Assembly: GCA_004294225.1 (NCBI GenBank)
Contig: REBA01000029.1
Coordinates: forward strand, 2,648-66,647
DNA: 64,000 nt
Direction: 5' to 3'
Source: Cytophagales bacterium
GTDB lineage: Bacteria; Bacteroidota; Bacteroidia; Cytophagales; Cytophagaceae
Below are positions 1 to 9,166 of the stretch, piece by piece (position 1 is the stretch's first letter; each line of letters starts with the position of its first letter). Below the pieces are notes generated by a model, which was given only the letters and a program-made list of their open reading frames with translations, ran no database searches and was not told where the DNA came from. The position numbers and the translations under genes were made by a program.

Positions 1-1833
1 ACTAATAACAATTAGATATAATCCAGAGTTCCATTCTCTAACGCTGAATTTATTTGATTGAGTTTGTAACATCAACTCGCCAGTAGTATTATATATTTTC
101 ACTTCCTGTCTTCCATTAACGCCTTCTATAATTACCTCGTTATTTGATGGATTAGGAAATATATTATATTGTTGTTCTGCCTCAATAAAATTATTTGTTG
201 CTATAGCTAGGGGAGTATCATCAACAATTTCAATTTTTATGTTGTCTATAGTTGCATACACCTGATCTGAATTTATCACAGGCACATAAAATTTAATTGT
301 AGTTTTTCCAGAGGCTGCTACAGTAAACGGTACTATCTGTTTTTGCAATTTTCCGCCTTCTCTCAAATTTATATTAAATTCATTATTTCCTACCGCAAAT
401 CTCATAGGTCTATTTATCCCTCCCCAGCCAGGCATATAGGTATAGAAGGTGCATTTGTATTTGCCAGCAGCTAAATTTATTTCTTGGGAAAATCCTTGTA
501 CACTTTGTCCAAGTTTATTGATATATGCCGATTGTAAACCATCTATTCTTTCATTATCATCATTGACATAAATACCTGTAGTACCTCCAGAAAAAGTCCA
601 AGAAGAACCAATAGGATTATTGTTTTCGCCCGTAACTTTTGGCGTTTCAAAACTTCCATTTGTAACAAAAGGAAGTCCAGTGGTTTTTACATTTAATGTA
701 ATACTATAAACAGTAAAGTGTCCTGCGGCATCATATGCTTTTATATTTATTTTATAATTAATGCCTGGTCCTAATGAGCGGATTGGAAGGCTAGTAGAAG
801 TCCCAGTAGTAGTATGGTATAAAACTTCATCAATATAAACCTCATAACCAGCAACTGCTTTGTTATCCGTACTGGCTTTCCAAGTCAAATCAAAAGACAC
901 ATTGGTAATATTAGAAGCAGCCAATTGAGTGGGAGTGCTTGGTGCTTCAAAATCATTTGGGAAGCCCATGCTTAATAATATTTTTCTACCTATTTCGCAT
1001 CCCACACCTGCTAAATAATCTCTAATACTTGGTGTTTCCATAGGCGAAGGGAATTTAGGATTTAACCCTTTAGCAGATAAGCCTCCAGTGTAAATCGAAT
1101 ACAATGTATATGCATCTAATGCCATACCATTGCCATTTTGATGACCGCAATCGCTATAAAGCATTTTGATAAATCCACTACCGTTTGGAGGACAATTATT
1201 ATTAGCAGCTGGAAAATCAGTCCTAACACTATCCCAAGCAAGGTAACTGGGCATAAAATAGGAAACCTTATGTTGCTTTTGTAATTTAGCATAACATTCT
1301 TTTGCCTTAGTAGTTTCATTCACATAATCACTAGCTGCATAATGTGAAGCCCATAATACTAGCGTTGATTTATTTTTTCTTACCTCAGCATCATATATCT
1401 TATAATACTTGATTAGGGTATCTTGATTTTTAGGATAACCAGTCGGACCTCCACAACCCATGTATTCGTCTGCCATGTCATATACATCTACGGCGTCATT
1501 TTCAGGCTGAACGAATACATAATCAAAATGTGCATTTCTTATGCTATCAAGTGCTCCTGTGCCAGTTTTGCCAGTTCCCCAAACAACATATTCCTTCATT
1601 CTTCCACATCCTTTACCACCTCCAGCATTATAAATAGGTATAAATTTAGGGTCGGCAACTTTATAAATTTCATTGACAGCAGTATATACTGGTCCAAAAA
1701 AGTCAATATAGCTATCTCCTATCCATAGTGTTCGCTCACCGCCTCTCATAGGCTTAAATCCTTGTGTGTATGCTTTTTCACTTATAGCATTTAGTGCAAA
1801 TGCTATATAAATAATAATTGTATACTTTTTCAT
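1..1833 (-). CDS. Secreted multidomain protein, 3' end cut by the window edge: signal peptide, SGNH/GDSL-like hydrolase region, fibronectin type III, beta-sandwich (CBM-like) region and T9SS type-A C-terminal sorting domain
   Basis: Absent from the ORF track because it runs off the left edge. Hand translation from the ATG (complement of 1831-1833) gives MKKYTIIIYIAFALNAISEKAYTQ..., then 'ERTLWIGDSY' (GDS block). An FN3-like stretch reads 'PTQLAASNITNVSFDLTWKASTDNKAVAGYEVYIDE' (~690-945). The C-terminus is 'IFPNPSNNEVIIEG...REWNSGLYLIVIS'. The frame stays open to nt 1. Confidence 0.6.
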   Translation of the reverse strand, partial: MKKYTIIIYIAFALNAISEKAYTQGFKPMRGGERTLWIGDSYIDFFGPVYTAVNEIYKVADPKFIPIYNAGGGKGCGRMKEYVVWGTGKTGTGALDSIRNAHFDYVFVQPENDAVDVYDMADEYMGCGGPTGYPKNQDTLIKYYKIYDAEVRKNKSTLVLWASHYAASDYVNETTKAKECYAKLQKQHKVSYFMPSYLAWDSVRTDFPAANNNCPPNGSGFIKMLYSDCGHQNGNGMALDAYTLYSIYTGGLSAKGLNPKFPSPMETPSIRDYLAGVGCEIGRKILLSMGFPNDFEAPSTPTQLAASNITNVSFDLTWKASTDNKAVAGYEVYIDEVLYHTTTGTSTSLPIRSLGPGINYKINIKAYDAAGHFTVYSITLNVKTTGLPFVTNGSFETPKVTGENNNPIGSSWTFSGGTTGIYVNDDNERIDGLQSAYINKLGQSVQGFSQEINLAAGKYKCTFYTYMPGWGGINRPMRFAVGNNEFNINLREGGKLQKQIVPFTVAASGKTTIKFYVPVINSDQVYATIDNIKIEIVDDTPLAIATNNFIEAEQQYNIFPNPSNNEVIIEGVNGRQEVKIYNTTGELMLQTQSNKFSVREWNSGLYLIVIS

Positions 1834-1923
1834 TTATTTGGGGTTTTGAATATTTACGATTTTCGATATTAAATCTCAAATTTATTTAATAATAAATAGA
1901 AAATAAACTTGCGATTATTTATG

Positions 1924-1985
1924 TTAATCTAATGAAAATCAATTGTATTCTACTATATTTATACAGTTAATTTTCATTAGATTAA
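1924..1985 (-). terminator. Long hairpin just downstream of the 2003-2860 gene; candidate terminator
   Basis: A 16-bp perfect inverted repeat, TTAATCTAATGAAAAT (1924-1939) / ATTTTCATTAGATTAA (1970-1985), lies 18 nt after the stop codon. There is no clear U-tract. Confidence 0.4.
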
Positions 1986-2002
1986 TCTTTATTGTAAGAA
2001 TG

Positions 2003-2860
2003 TTAATTAGTTTTACTAATTTTCTTTACAATAATACCATTGTTAGAATATAATTTTATGGTATAGTAGCCGTTGGGCAGGTCAGATAGGTCTATACTTG
2101 AATCATTATTAATAACATCGATTTGTATCGTTTTTTTACCTTGTGCATCAAGTATTTCAGCTTTATTTATTAAGGTGCTTTTATCATTAATTTTAAAACT
2201 CAACAAATTTGTTGTAGGATTGGGAAATACATTCACTGATTCGTTACTATTCGTTGAAAATTCAACATTTGTAGGCTTTGGCATGAAGGTTTCATATAAT
2301 TTATTGTAATCTATATAGTCTCTATAGGAAAGTATATGTACGGCTTCTTTGTTTGGCTTAATCATAAGAAACATAGGAAACATACATCCATTACATCCTA
2401 AACCTTTTTCAACTATATCCCAGTCTTTTCCTTGAGGATTAAATATAGGGTATGGTTCTCCTGTTACCCAATCTCCTTTTGTATAATATCTCCAATCTTC
2501 TGGTACAACTTTATTAGACAATTTTAAGTCAGGAATATCTCTATCATGTTGCATTGCAAATACTGTTATGTCTTTTGTCTTTGTGCCATTGGGTCCATGC
2601 TCATTATATAGATTTCTCAATATTCCTTGTTCATGATACTCCCAACAGCCTCCACAATGAACACCAAAAACTTTTACAAACACAGTTATACCTTTGTTTA
2701 AATATTGGTATAACTCATGTTCCTTGCCATTTAAATCCTTTAATTTAAAGTTTGGAACGATATAACCCTCGGGAGGTTCGGAGTAAGAATTTACTATAGA
2801 AATAGTAAATAAAATAACAACCAATATTGGTTTTGATAAGAAAGAAGGGGTTTTTTGCAT
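2003..2860 (-). CDS. T9SS-secreted thioredoxin-fold (redoxin-like) protein
   Basis: Has an N-terminal signal peptide and a CxxC motif in 'FGVHCGGCWEYHEQG'. The type-A T9SS CTD reads 'VNVFPNPTTNLLSF...LPNGYYTIKLYSNNGIIVKKISK'. Confidence 0.6.
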   Translation of the reverse strand: MQKTPSFLSKPILVVILFTISIVNSYSEPPEGYIVPNFKLKDLNGKEHELYQYLNKGITVFVKVFGVHCGGCWEYHEQGILRNLYNEHGPNGTKTKDITVFAMQHDRDIPDLKLSNKVVPEDWRYYTKGDWVTGEPYPIFNPQGKDWDIVEKGLGCNGCMFPMFLMIKPNKEAVHILSYRDYIDYNKLYETFMPKPTNVEFSTNSNESVNVFPNPTTNLLSFKINDKSTLINKAEILDAQGKKTIQIDVINNDSSIDLSDLPNGYYTIKLYSNNGIIVKKISKTN

Positions 2861-2890
2861 AATTTTAAGTTTAAATTAGATTATTTTATA

Positions 2891-2927
2891 AATATAGTAT
2901 TTCTTATTAATAATATAGTATTTCTTA
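2891..2927. promoter_or_regulatory. Two perfect 16-bp direct repeats (AATATAGTATTTCTTA) spaced 21 bp apart in a divergent promoter region
   Basis: The copies at 2891-2906 and 2912-2927 are identical. They lie 31-67 nt upstream of the ATG at 2860. Confidence 0.3.
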
Positions 2928-3120
2928 ATTTAATTGATATCTAAGAAAAATTCAGATTAATAAGTAATTAGCAACAAGGATGGTTGAAACATATATTACA
3001 GACTATAAATTGGAACTATTCATAGAGTATTTGTATTTATATTTGATAACTTGAAGTAAAAGGATTGCTGTTTTTTATACTACTTCTATAAGCCTATTCA
3101 ATACACAGAAAATAAATTAT

Positions 3121-4119
3121 TTGCAAAAAAAAATGTTGGTGCATATTTTCAAAGTTTTTCGATTTGTGCTTCGGTTTATCAAAACTCAAAACCAATTCAA
3201 TGAACGGTATATTGATAGCTACCTTCAGCCGTTTTACTTGCAGTACCATAAGCAACTCAAAGCATCGACCCTTGTAAAAATAAAAAAATATTATTGCCTT
3301 GCACTACCAATGACTTGTGCCAGCTATGCAAAAATATATAATAGGGCACTTACCGAAAAAGAGAGCGTATATGCTGTATTAGCTGGTATTCTTATTCCTC
3401 TACTAGATGATTTTACCGACGAGAAAACATTGAGCAATGCAGATCTAGACCAGCTTACTACTTTCCCCGCAGATTATCGTCCCCAAACATTAGAAGAAGC
3501 AATAGTAAAAACTATTATTTGTTATTTATTAGAAAATGTAAAAAAACCAGAGGATTGCATCAATCTACTTCGCCAAATTATTCAGGCCCAACATTGGTCG
3601 CAGCGACAAACCGATGCCGATGTGTCTAGAGAAGAATTACTAAATATTTCACTAGAAAAAGGAGGACATTCACTTGTACTTTTTCATTTCCTTTTAGACG
3701 AAGAACCCAATCGGCAAACAATAGATACCCTCTATCTAATGGGAGGAATTCTTCAAATTTGCAACGATATATTTGACCTATATAAAGACTATCAAGAAGG
3801 CATAGCCACCTACGCCAATACTTGTGATGATTTTAATGTTTTAATAGCGTTTTACACCAATAAATGCAGGCAATTTGTAAAGGAGGCAAGAAAATTACCT
3901 TATAGCAGCAATAACATTGAATTCTTTATTACTTTTTTTGTAATTGTTATGGCAAGAGGTGCTGTAGCCCTTCGTAGGCTTAGAAAATTACAAATTCAAT
4001 TAGGAGGCGGTGTTTTGCCTATATCGCAATTAGACAGAAAACAATTGATCTGCGATATGGAAAAACCAATGAACTTCTTAAAAACGGCTTGGTTCACCTA
4101 CAACATATTATTGAAGTAA
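3121..4119 (+). CDS. Class I isoprenoid-synthase-fold protein (squalene/phytoene-synthase-like or terpene-synthase-like)
   Basis: Has an Asp-rich motif 'LLDDFTDEK' (DDxxD). A second motif, 'NDIFDLYKDYQEG', fits the NxxxDxxxDxxxG pattern of head-to-head prenyl synthases. The track start is TTG; ATG at 3133 is a more likely start. Confidence 0.45.
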   Translation: MQKKMLVHIFKVFRFVLRFIKTQNQFNERYIDSYLQPFYLQYHKQLKASTLVKIKKYYCLALPMTCASYAKIYNRALTEKESVYAVLAGILIPLLDDFTDEKTLSNADLDQLTTFPADYRPQTLEEAIVKTIICYLLENVKKPEDCINLLRQIIQAQHWSQRQTDADVSREELLNISLEKGGHSLVLFHFLLDEEPNRQTIDTLYLMGGILQICNDIFDLYKDYQEGIATYANTCDDFNVLIAFYTNKCRQFVKEARKLPYSSNNIEFFITFFVIVMARGAVALRRLRKLQIQLGGGVLPISQLDRKQLICDMEKPMNFLKTAWFTYNILLK

Positions 4120-4177
4120 ACGAATAATCATAAGTTGCTTAAAATTCACAATTTGATAGGTTTTGCATGTTATTAAA

Positions 4178-4208
4178 AAATGGATGGATTAAATATTACT
4201 ATCCATTT
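4178..4208. terminator. Hairpin between convergent genes; possible bidirectional terminator
   Basis: AAATGGAT (4178-4185) pairs with ATCCATTT (4201-4208), an 8-bp perfect stem flanked by A- and T-runs. Confidence 0.3.
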
Positions 4209-4230
4209 CTTTAATAAATACTGCATAAGA

Positions 4231-5862
4231 TTAACTATTGGTATTTAGTTTACTATGATGTCTACTATAGCCAAAGTAAAAAATAAGACCTATCAATAGC
4301 CAAACTCCAAAACGAATCCAGTTGGTGATTCCTAGTTCAGACATTAGGTAGAGATTGATATAAATACCCAATACAGGAATAGAAGAAAGTTGTTTTGTAA
4401 AGCTAATAATTGCAAATACAATTACTATTACCAAATAAATAATACTAGGAATATTAGAGTAAGTGAAATGATCAAAGACAAGAAAATCCCAATAAAATAA
4501 GTGGCTAATCAAAATTCCTAGACCAATAATTGGAATAAGAAATCTACCATTGATATACGGCACCTTAAAACCATTATTTTCATTGTCTAATGGTCGTTTT
4601 ACTAATATTCCAGCACAGACCAGAGTAAAGGCAAACAAAGTTCCTATACTACAAAGGTCTGTTACTTCTGTTAGATTAAGGAAAAGCACTGGTAAACCCA
4701 CCACTATACCTGTTACAATAGTTGAAAACCAAGGTGTCTTGAATTTTTGATGAATACTAGAAAAAATAGGAGGGAGCAAACCATCTCTACTCATACTCAT
4801 CCAAATTCTTGGTTGCCCAAGTTGGAAAACCAAGAGCACAGTAGCCAAAGATATAATTGCACTTAGGCCAATAATACCGGAAAGAAAATTTAGCCCATGA
4901 TGATGAAATACCAATGCCAATGGGTCGCCAACATTAAGTAAATAAAAAGGAACCATACCTGTGAGAATAAGCGTAACCAATACGTATAGAATAGTACATA
5001 TTGCAAGAGCCCAAAACATGGCTTTAGGCAAATCTCTTTTGGGGTTGATGCATTCTTCTGAGGTAGTTGCCAAAGCATCAAAACCAATATAAGCAAAAAA
5101 CACAGCTGAAGCACCTGTCATTATTCCCGAAAAACCATTTGGTGCAAAGGGTATCCACAAGCTGGGCGATACATAAAAAAATCCCACAACAATAATGAGT
5201 AAAATAATTATTAATTTGAACAATACCAATAGGTTATTAATTGATTTGGATTCTTTGATACCTATATATACAATAGCTGTAATCAATACATTAATTAGAA
5301 AAGCAGGTAAATCCATCACTATTTTTATCCCTTGAAGATTAGGTGCACTTGCCCAAGCTTCTGCTGCAATTTTTTCACTACCAACTAATACATTTAGATC
5401 AAGCATCGAAGCCCTACTGGCAGTAAAATAATCCATAGTAAGATAAAGAGGTATTTTGATATTTAACCCTTCTAAAAAGCTTGTAAAATAGTCAGACCAA
5501 GAAATAGCTACTGCTATGTTTCCAATAGAGTATTCCATGACTAAATCCCAGCCTATAATCCAAGCAATGAGTTCGCCAAATGAAATATATGCATAATGAT
5601 AGGCACTACCAGCTTCGGGGCTAAGAGAGGCAAATTCTGCATAACATAAAGCAGACAGAAGACAAGCTATAGCAGTAAATACAAACAATAAAGTTACTGC
5701 AGGCCCCCCTTGAGCACTGGCATTGCCAATAGTTCCATAAATACCCGCCCCTACTATTGCGGCTATACCCATAGAAGTAAGATCTCTAAGTCTTAGGGTT
5801 CTTTTTAATGGATTGAGTAGCAAAGTATCGCTACTTATCGTCTTTCTTTTAAAATAATTCAA
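4231..5862 (-). CDS. APC-family amino acid permease
   Basis: A 543-aa polytopic membrane protein with a typical APC N-terminus, 'LRDLTSMGIAAIVGAGIYGTIG', and about 12 or more hydrophobic segments. Confidence 0.8.
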   Translation of the reverse strand: MNYFKRKTISSDTLLLNPLKRTLRLRDLTSMGIAAIVGAGIYGTIGNASAQGGPAVTLLFVFTAIACLLSALCYAEFASLSPEAGSAYHYAYISFGELIAWIIGWDLVMEYSIGNIAVAISWSDYFTSFLEGLNIKIPLYLTMDYFTASRASMLDLNVLVGSEKIAAEAWASAPNLQGIKIVMDLPAFLINVLITAIVYIGIKESKSINNLLVLFKLIIILLIIVVGFFYVSPSLWIPFAPNGFSGIMTGASAVFFAYIGFDALATTSEECINPKRDLPKAMFWALAICTILYVLVTLILTGMVPFYLLNVGDPLALVFHHHGLNFLSGIIGLSAIISLATVLLVFQLGQPRIWMSMSRDGLLPPIFSSIHQKFKTPWFSTIVTGIVVGLPVLFLNLTEVTDLCSIGTLFAFTLVCAGILVKRPLDNENNGFKVPYINGRFLIPIIGLGILISHLFYWDFLVFDHFTYSNIPSIIYLVIVIVFAIISFTKQLSSIPVLGIYINLYLMSELGITNWIRFGVWLLIGLIFYFGYSRHHSKLNTNS

Positions 5863-5954
5863 TTTAATGTTTGGTTAAATCTATTTAAAGTAACAATGTT
5901 TTAGTTAAAAAACCGATTTAATTCAGATCATCGATAATGTAAGTCTAAATTTAA

Positions 5955-7235
5955 TCAATTGGATTGAAGTACCTCAAAAATGCTTGCTACTTTCAGCATA
6001 CACTCTTCATATTCTTTCTCAGCATCGCTGTCGAAGGTAATAGCACTTCCTACATAGAATCTTAGTTCATGGTCGTTAGAACAATATAAAATACTTCTTA
6101 TTACTACATTAAAATCAAAATCTCCATTAGGTTGGATATAGCCAATAGCACCAGAAAAATAACCTCTAGGATTAGTTTCATAATCATTGATTAAGTCTAT
6201 GGCTTTAATTTTAGGCGCTCCTGTCATACTCCCCATAGGGAAAGTAGATTTGATGATTTCACTAAATTTTATATTTGGTTTCAAGCGAGCAGAAATAGTA
6301 GATATCATTTGATGAAGGTGAGTAAAAGAGTAAATGCCAAATATCTCTTCTACTTTTACAGAGCCAATAGCAGATGTTTTTGCCAAGTCGTTTCTTGAAA
6401 GATCTACAATCATCATATTTTCAGCTTGTTCTTTCGGGCTATTTCTGAGTTTTTTTTGATTGGCTATATCTTTATTATTATCAGCTACTCTAGGGATAGT
6501 TCCTTTTATTGGTTGAATAATAATTAGATCAGAACTTTTCTTTAGGAATCTTTCAGGCGAGGCACATAGGATGGTTTGCTCAGGAGTTTTAAAAATTCCT
6601 GCAAAAGGCATTGGCGATTTGCTGTTTAATTTTAGAAAAGTAGTTATCGCATCAAAACCGGCTGTTTGTGCTGAAAAATCAATACAATAATTCAATTCAT
6701 ACACATCTCCTTCTTTGATATGTTGTTTGATTAAATTTATTTTTTCAATATAAGATTCTTTACTTGTTGTGTGTTTTATTAGAAAGTTAGAATTTTTTTT
6801 TGGTTGATTGATTGAGAAATCAATAATGGTGTTGTATATGGTCTTTGGGCTTATGTCCCAAGACCAGATTTCTATGCTAGAGGCGTTAAAAAAAAAGAGG
6901 TACTTGGGTTTGAAAAAATAAAGAAGACTTTGTTTTGATGAATTAGTGTTATGGTGTCGGTGTTCTATTTCATTTTTTAACTCATAACTCATGCATCCAC
7001 ACCACCATTCATTAGGATGGTTTTCTAAAAGTTGATCTAAGGTCTTTAGTGCAGAATTTTTTGGAGCAATTTCTATAAGGCTATCTATTCCCATCCAAGT
7101 TTGAAATCCTTGGTGCAACACTTCTATGTCGTTGGAGGTATAGTAGGCAAAATGATTAAACTGCTTTGCCCAATTCAAAGCATTGTTTATAAAACTAAGT
7201 TTATCTTGAAGCGGAAATGTTAGTTTATTATACAT
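5955..7235 (-). CDS. pabB: Aminodeoxychorismate synthase component I (chorismate-binding enzyme family)
   Basis: Chorismate-binding motifs 'SPERFLK', 'TFPMGSMTGAPK' and 'RGYFSGAIGY'. At 426 aa with no adjacent trp genes it favours PabB over TrpE. Confidence 0.65.
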   Translation of the reverse strand: MYNKLTFPLQDKLSFINNALNWAKQFNHFAYYTSNDIEVLHQGFQTWMGIDSLIEIAPKNSALKTLDQLLENHPNEWWCGCMSYELKNEIEHRHHNTNSSKQSLLYFFKPKYLFFFNASSIEIWSWDISPKTIYNTIIDFSINQPKKNSNFLIKHTTSKESYIEKINLIKQHIKEGDVYELNYCIDFSAQTAGFDAITTFLKLNSKSPMPFAGIFKTPEQTILCASPERFLKKSSDLIIIQPIKGTIPRVADNNKDIANQKKLRNSPKEQAENMMIVDLSRNDLAKTSAIGSVKVEEIFGIYSFTHLHQMISTISARLKPNIKFSEIIKSTFPMGSMTGAPKIKAIDLINDYETNPRGYFSGAIGYIQPNGDFDFNVVIRSILYCSNDHELRFYVGSAITFDSDAEKEYEECMLKVASIFEVLQSN

Positions 7236-7244
7236 ATAAACAAG

Positions 7245-7270
7245 AAAGGGAACTAAAATAGCTCCCTTTT
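7245..7270 (-). terminator. Small hairpin downstream of the 7290-8048 gene
   Basis: AAAGGGAACT / AGCTCCCTTT form an imperfect inverted repeat with one mismatch, followed by a T-rich tail on the minus strand. Confidence 0.3.
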
Positions 7271-7289
7271 GAATAAAATATGATATTTT

Positions 7290-8048
7290 TTATTTTTTAG
7301 CTCCTACTAATTCTGCTACCACAGGGCTTTCTACATCGCAGAATATTCTTCCGCAATGTTCGCAAACGATGATTTTCTTTTTTTCACGTATATCTCCCTG
7401 TCTTTGAGGAGGTACAGTATTAAAGCAACCACCACAAGCATCTCTTTTTACAGGTACAACAGCTAAACCATTCACTGCATTGGAGCGAATTCTGTTATAA
7501 GAGTAAAGTAAACGCTCATCAATAGATTTTTCGGCTATTTGTCTTTCTTTTTTTAGCTTATTTTCTTCTTCTTTACTTTCATCTACAATCTGCTCTAGCT
7601 CTACTTTTTTATTTTTTAAATCGGCTAATCTTTGATTTAAAATTTGCTCAGCAGATTCTATTTCTTTTTGCTTGCCTTCAATTTTCACGTTGGCTTCTCT
7701 AGTTTTCTTTTCCATAATCTGGATTTCTAGAGTTTGAAGTTCTATCTCCTTGGTGATAGCGTCATATTCGCGATTGTTTCTAACATTAGATTGCTGTTCG
7801 GTATATTTTTTAATATTCTTTTCAGCATCTTTTGCACCTTGTTTGTACTTGGTTTTTTCTTGTTCTAAGATTTCTATTTCAGAATTGTACTTGGCTATTC
7901 TTGTTTTATAGCCTTCTAATTCGTCTTCTAAATCTCTAACTTCTTCGGGCAAATCGCCTCTAACTTTTAGAATTTCATCTAGTTTAGAATCTATTGTTTG
8001 TAATTTTACCAGTGCTTCAAGTTTTTGTGCTACGGTGGTTTCCATCAT
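7290..8048 (-). CDS. Coiled-coil protein with a C-terminal C4 zinc ribbon (DUF164/COG1579-type)
   Basis: Has a long heptad-rich region and then 'CGGCFNTVPPQ...VCEHCGRIF'. It sits in the usual position after Nif3. Confidence 0.7.
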   Translation of the reverse strand: MMETTVAQKLEALVKLQTIDSKLDEILKVRGDLPEEVRDLEDELEGYKTRIAKYNSEIEILEQEKTKYKQGAKDAEKNIKKYTEQQSNVRNNREYDAITKEIELQTLEIQIMEKKTREANVKIEGKQKEIESAEQILNQRLADLKNKKVELEQIVDESKEEENKLKKERQIAEKSIDERLLYSYNRIRSNAVNGLAVVPVKRDACGGCFNTVPPQRQGDIREKKKIIVCEHCGRIFCDVESPVVAELVGAKK

Positions 8049-9146
8049 TTAGAGATAACTTATTGGGTTGGTATTTATTTTCGATAAAACGAGTGCAATA
8101 TTAGCGAAATTTTTATTCAAATGCTCAAATATTAATTCTTTTGTAAAAAATTCTCCTTCATAATGGTTAATATCAGCAATCATAGTGTCTTGATCGGCAT
8201 CAAAAAATTCATGGTATTTGAAATCTGAACTAATATAGACATCTGCTTTTGATTTTTTAGCTGTTTGAAACAAAAAACTTCCACTTCCTCCACAAAGTGC
8301 TACCTTAGAGATTAGCTTATTGGGTAATTTAGTGTGTCGCACTAATGATAAATTAAGCTTTTCTTTCAGGTATTTAACAAATTCTAATGGTGGCATAGGT
8401 GTAGCTAAATATCCTATTCTTCCAGCTCCAATCTCTGGAAATGGTTGCTGTAGACTTATGGTGTCGAACGCCACTTCTTCGTAGGGATGAGTTTTCTTTA
8501 ATATAGTAAGAAGATGGTTTTTTAAATAATTAGGAAATACCACTTCTACTCTGTCTTCTATTACTTTCTCTATTTGATTTTGAGCACCTATGAATGGTTG
8601 TGCTTGGTTATTAGGGTAAAATTGACCAGTGCCACTTTGCCTAAATGCACAGGCAGAATAATTGCCAATTTTACCCGCACCAGCTTCATGTAATGCAGAT
8701 AGGACTGTGTCGGTATGTGTTGAAGGAACATAAAATGTGAGTTTTGAAAAATTATCCCCACTTTGTTGAAGAATAGAAGTATTTGTTAATGAAAGTTTTT
8801 CAGCAATTTTGTGATTTACACCATCCCATAGATTATCTAAATTGGTATGAAGTGCATAAATGGCTATATCAGACTTGATGGCATCAATAATCATGCTTCC
8901 TACAGATTTGTCTATAGTAATTTTTTTTAAAGGTTTAAATATCAAAGGGTGATGAGCAATGATTAAATTACACTTATTAGCTACAGCTTCTCTAATTACC
9001 TCTTCTGTAATGTCTATGCTAATGAGAATCCCTGTCAACTCTGCTTCAGGATTTCCTACCAACAAACCACAATTATCGTAACTTTCTTGTAATGGTAGTG
9101 GTGCGATTTTTTCTATATATTCTGTGATTTCAAAAATCTGAGGCAT
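8049..9146 (-). CDS. Nif3-like dinuclear metal-centre protein (GTP cyclohydrolase 1 type 2 homologue)
   Basis: Contains 'DNCGLLVG', 'IIAHHPLIF' and 'ALHTNLD', with an inserted PII-like domain. It is directly adjacent to the zinc-ribbon gene. Confidence 0.8.
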   Translation of the reverse strand: MPQIFEITEYIEKIAPLPLQESYDNCGLLVGNPEAELTGILISIDITEEVIREAVANKCNLIIAHHPLIFKPLKKITIDKSVGSMIIDAIKSDIAIYALHTNLDNLWDGVNHKIAEKLSLTNTSILQQSGDNFSKLTFYVPSTHTDTVLSALHEAGAGKIGNYSACAFRQSGTGQFYPNNQAQPFIGAQNQIEKVIEDRVEVVFPNYLKNHLLTILKKTHPYEEVAFDTISLQQPFPEIGAGRIGYLATPMPPLEFVKYLKEKLNLSLVRHTKLPNKLISKVALCGGSGSFLFQTAKKSKADVYISSDFKYHEFFDADQDTMIADINHYEGEFFTKELIFEHLNKNFANIALVLSKINTNPISYL

Positions 9147-9166
9147 AAGGATTATTTGTTTATTTT

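Noticed and set aside
1116-1728. Track ORFs 1116-1319(-) and 1423-1728(+)
   Set aside because: Both lie inside, and out of frame with or antisense to, the long edge-truncated secreted-protein gene (1-1833, minus strand), which has clear domain content.
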